A stretch of 63,740 nucleotides of DNA, counting the filler, from Globobulimina sp. (lineage: Eukaryota): the NCBI GenBank assembly GCA_003354225.1. It is 25 parts of 25 records of this genome, joined end to end, with 100 filler letters (N's around TTAATTAATTAA, not from the genome) between each part and the next. Parts side by side here need not be neighbours in the genome. Positions count along the whole stretch, not along the records: positions 61,289 to 63,740 come from PIVH01006620.1; 24 more parts are not named here. One strand, 5' to 3'. Positions 61,760 to 63,740 of the stretch are shown one piece after another. Within the stretch, counting starts at the first letter, position 1. The number at the start of each line of letters is the position of its first letter. The translations under genes were made by a program, and so were the position numbers. Under the pieces are notes generated by a model. It saw only the letters and a list, made by a program, of their open reading frames with translations, had not been told where the DNA came from and made no database searches.

Positions 61760-63682
61760 ATGATCTCTGTTTCAACTGACTGGCTATCAGCAGTTTTAAT
61801 GGTAAAAATGTATTTATGTTTTAATTTTTTTGTCATGTTACTACAATTATTGGACAGTGTTTTACATATTTTAGTTTTATACAAATTATTCTATTCATCA
61901 ACATTCATATCCTGTGCAGCATTGTTATTTTCATTTATATTTTCTCAAATATTCAAAACAATTTGTTTCAATGCAACATCAAATGACACAGTCTCAGATT
62001 TGAATCTTTTATTGGCGCCATTTGGAAATATATTATATTTATTCAAATATAAAAAGCATTTGTCATCAATTTTGGAGTACACTCGCATTTATCAGTTATA
62101 CTTAGAATACAATCGTTTATTAAGTGTCTATTATTATAATAATAAAATAATTCAAATAAATAACATCTCGCTTTTTGCCAAATGCTATATCAATCATTAT
62201 GGCAATTCCTTATTCGATTGTTTTTTGCATGAAATATTTGAATCGTTTCCTTATCTCATAATACTATTTTTGACCGTGATTTATTATCAAGAATATAATA
62301 TATTTATATATAACCTATCAATCATAATCAGTTTATTCTGCATCATTTGTCAAATTTTCGTGTTTGTTTCCTCCAAATATCACATGCATCGATCTATTTT
62401 ATTCATCATTTACACTTTGATTGTAATCAATGTATTGATGCTTTTATCCCTCGTCTCATTCTTGACGTGTATCACTTGCATCGACTCCAACTCGTACAAT
62501 ATTAATATAAATCATATATATTACCTAAAATATAAATATTTAACGCTGCCCTTCTCCACTTCCATGTGCATCTTATATATATTGCGCAAAATATCCATTT
62601 CTTATCATAATAATCGGCCCACGCAATCTTTCAAACAATTTGTATTTTGCATCATCTATTTATTGATATCAATCGGCATATACTTTATTTTATTTATTCT
62701 GTCGTCCAATGTGTTCGATATATTTTTATTGCCGCCCATATGGTTCGCATTCATTATCGATAGAATTTATAATCAGCGCTTTTATAACAACCGTGACGAA
62801 AACAATAGATTTTGGCGATTAATTATTCAATTTATTGTTGTTACCGATAAGGCCGAGGCAGACGAAGCCATTTCATATGAAAAAATATTCAAAAAATTAT
62901 TTGCCGTAAATTCGATTTTATCCTCCAAACAGCAATATTTTCCAAATAGAAAATTATCGCAATGGATGAACAAAGAATACGTTAATATTTATTATAAGCA
63001 TTTTAATTTTAATTTTAATAAATTTGAAAACAATAATTTTAAACATTTGAAAAGAATTAAAATATTTAAAATGGTTTTCATTGATGAATTTTTCATTTCT
63101 TATTTTTCGAATCGTGATACTTTGAATAATATTCGTCAATTTTTTTACGATTTTGTCAACTCGATAAATATTTGTAATGTTATACATGATAATCACATCA
63201 ATTTATTTGCGCAGATTATTTATTTTTGCGTCTATTATTTCACGATTTATATTGGTGTGACCACATACATTTTATCACGCATTTTGACGTTGATATTTCC
63301 CATTTTATATTTCCTAAATTCAAAATACGACGATTTCTCATTGTTACCTATCATTATCACGTATTTGTATTTTTTTTTCATATTTCTATTTCTTATGATT
63401 TATTTCAAAAGTTTATTTATTAAAATCACAAAAATAATATGGTATTTAGCACCGGGTTATTATTATAAAAATGAAATGTATCTCCGGAAAATACAAAATT
63501 ATCATAAGACGTATGATTTGCAACAATATGTTTATCAATGCATTGTATGGTACTATAATTCACATAAAAATGCTCCATTGATTGCAACGTTTTTAATTCA
63601 AAAATTTGGAATTGATATCACTTCGGTTGTTGTCATGTATTTGCCATCCTCATATTGTCAAGAAATTCAAATTGAGTCATAA
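61760..63682 (+). CDS. Multi-pass membrane protein, weakly XK-related
   Basis: 640-aa ORF with about 9-10 TM helices and a FESFPYLIIL motif. C-terminal FGIDITSVVVMYLP. Confidence 0.7.
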   Translation: MISVSTDWLSAVLMVKMYLCFNFFVMLLQLLDSVLHILVLYKLFYSSTFISCAALLFSFIFSQIFKTICFNATSNDTVSDLNLLLAPFGNILYLFKYKKHLSSILEYTRIYQLYLEYNRLLSVYYYNNKIIQINNISLFAKCYINHYGNSLFDCFLHEIFESFPYLIILFLTVIYYQEYNIFIYNLSIIISLFCIICQIFVFVSSKYHMHRSILFIIYTLIVINVLMLLSLVSFLTCITCIDSNSYNININHIYYLKYKYLTLPFSTSMCILYILRKISISYHNNRPTQSFKQFVFCIIYLLISIGIYFILFILSSNVFDIFLLPPIWFAFIIDRIYNQRFYNNRDENNRFWRLIIQFIVVTDKAEADEAISYEKIFKKLFAVNSILSSKQQYFPNRKLSQWMNKEYVNIYYKHFNFNFNKFENNNFKHLKRIKIFKMVFIDEFFISYFSNRDTLNNIRQFFYDFVNSINICNVIHDNHINLFAQIIYFCVYYFTIYIGVTTYILSRILTLIFPILYFLNSKYDDFSLLPIIITYLYFFFIFLFLMIYFKSLFIKITKIIWYLAPGYYYKNEMYLRKIQNYHKTYDLQQYVYQCIVWYYNSHKNAPLIATFLIQKFGIDITSVVVMYLPSSYCQEIQIES

Positions 63683-63740
63683 AGAGTAACAGTAATTGTC
63701 TTCTTTTTTTTTTTTGGTTTCTTGTGTGATTCATAAATAA

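Overview
This window is not a continuous locus. It is 25 unrelated contigs of about 2.45 kb each, sorted by length and joined by artificial 100-nt linkers (N44-TTAATTAATTAA-N44), so adjacency across linkers means nothing biologically. Twenty-four contigs look like an AT-rich, gene-dense eukaryote with short GT-AG introns and the standard genetic code. They carry Sec31, clathrin heavy chain, CBP80, GBF1-like, TMF1, AMP deaminase, CNNM, MARCH6-like, EXD2-like, DHODH, a GH35 beta-galactosidase, a DBH-like monooxygenase and several transporters. The mix of HSPA12-like, SPRY, SAM, PUB and ART-like proteins suggests a foraminiferan or other rhizarian protist, which is my inference only. One contig (43424-45876) is bacterial. 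The most notable signals are: (1) a 217-nt intron with terminal inverted repeats and a target-site duplication that supplies its splice sites (Introner-like); (2) two gene-bearing segments bracketed by long inverted repeats; (3) a 20-bp perfectly conserved repeat array next to a secreted acidic repeat protein; (4) a class 1/class 2 hybrid DHODH; (5) an H-S-E ADP-ribosyltransferase-like domain; (6) a cluster of GA-mismatch DNA hairpins; (7) a MITE with an 8-bp TSD; (8) repeated 40-55 bp head-to-head gene pairs. All family assignments are from motif recognition by eye, with no searches run.
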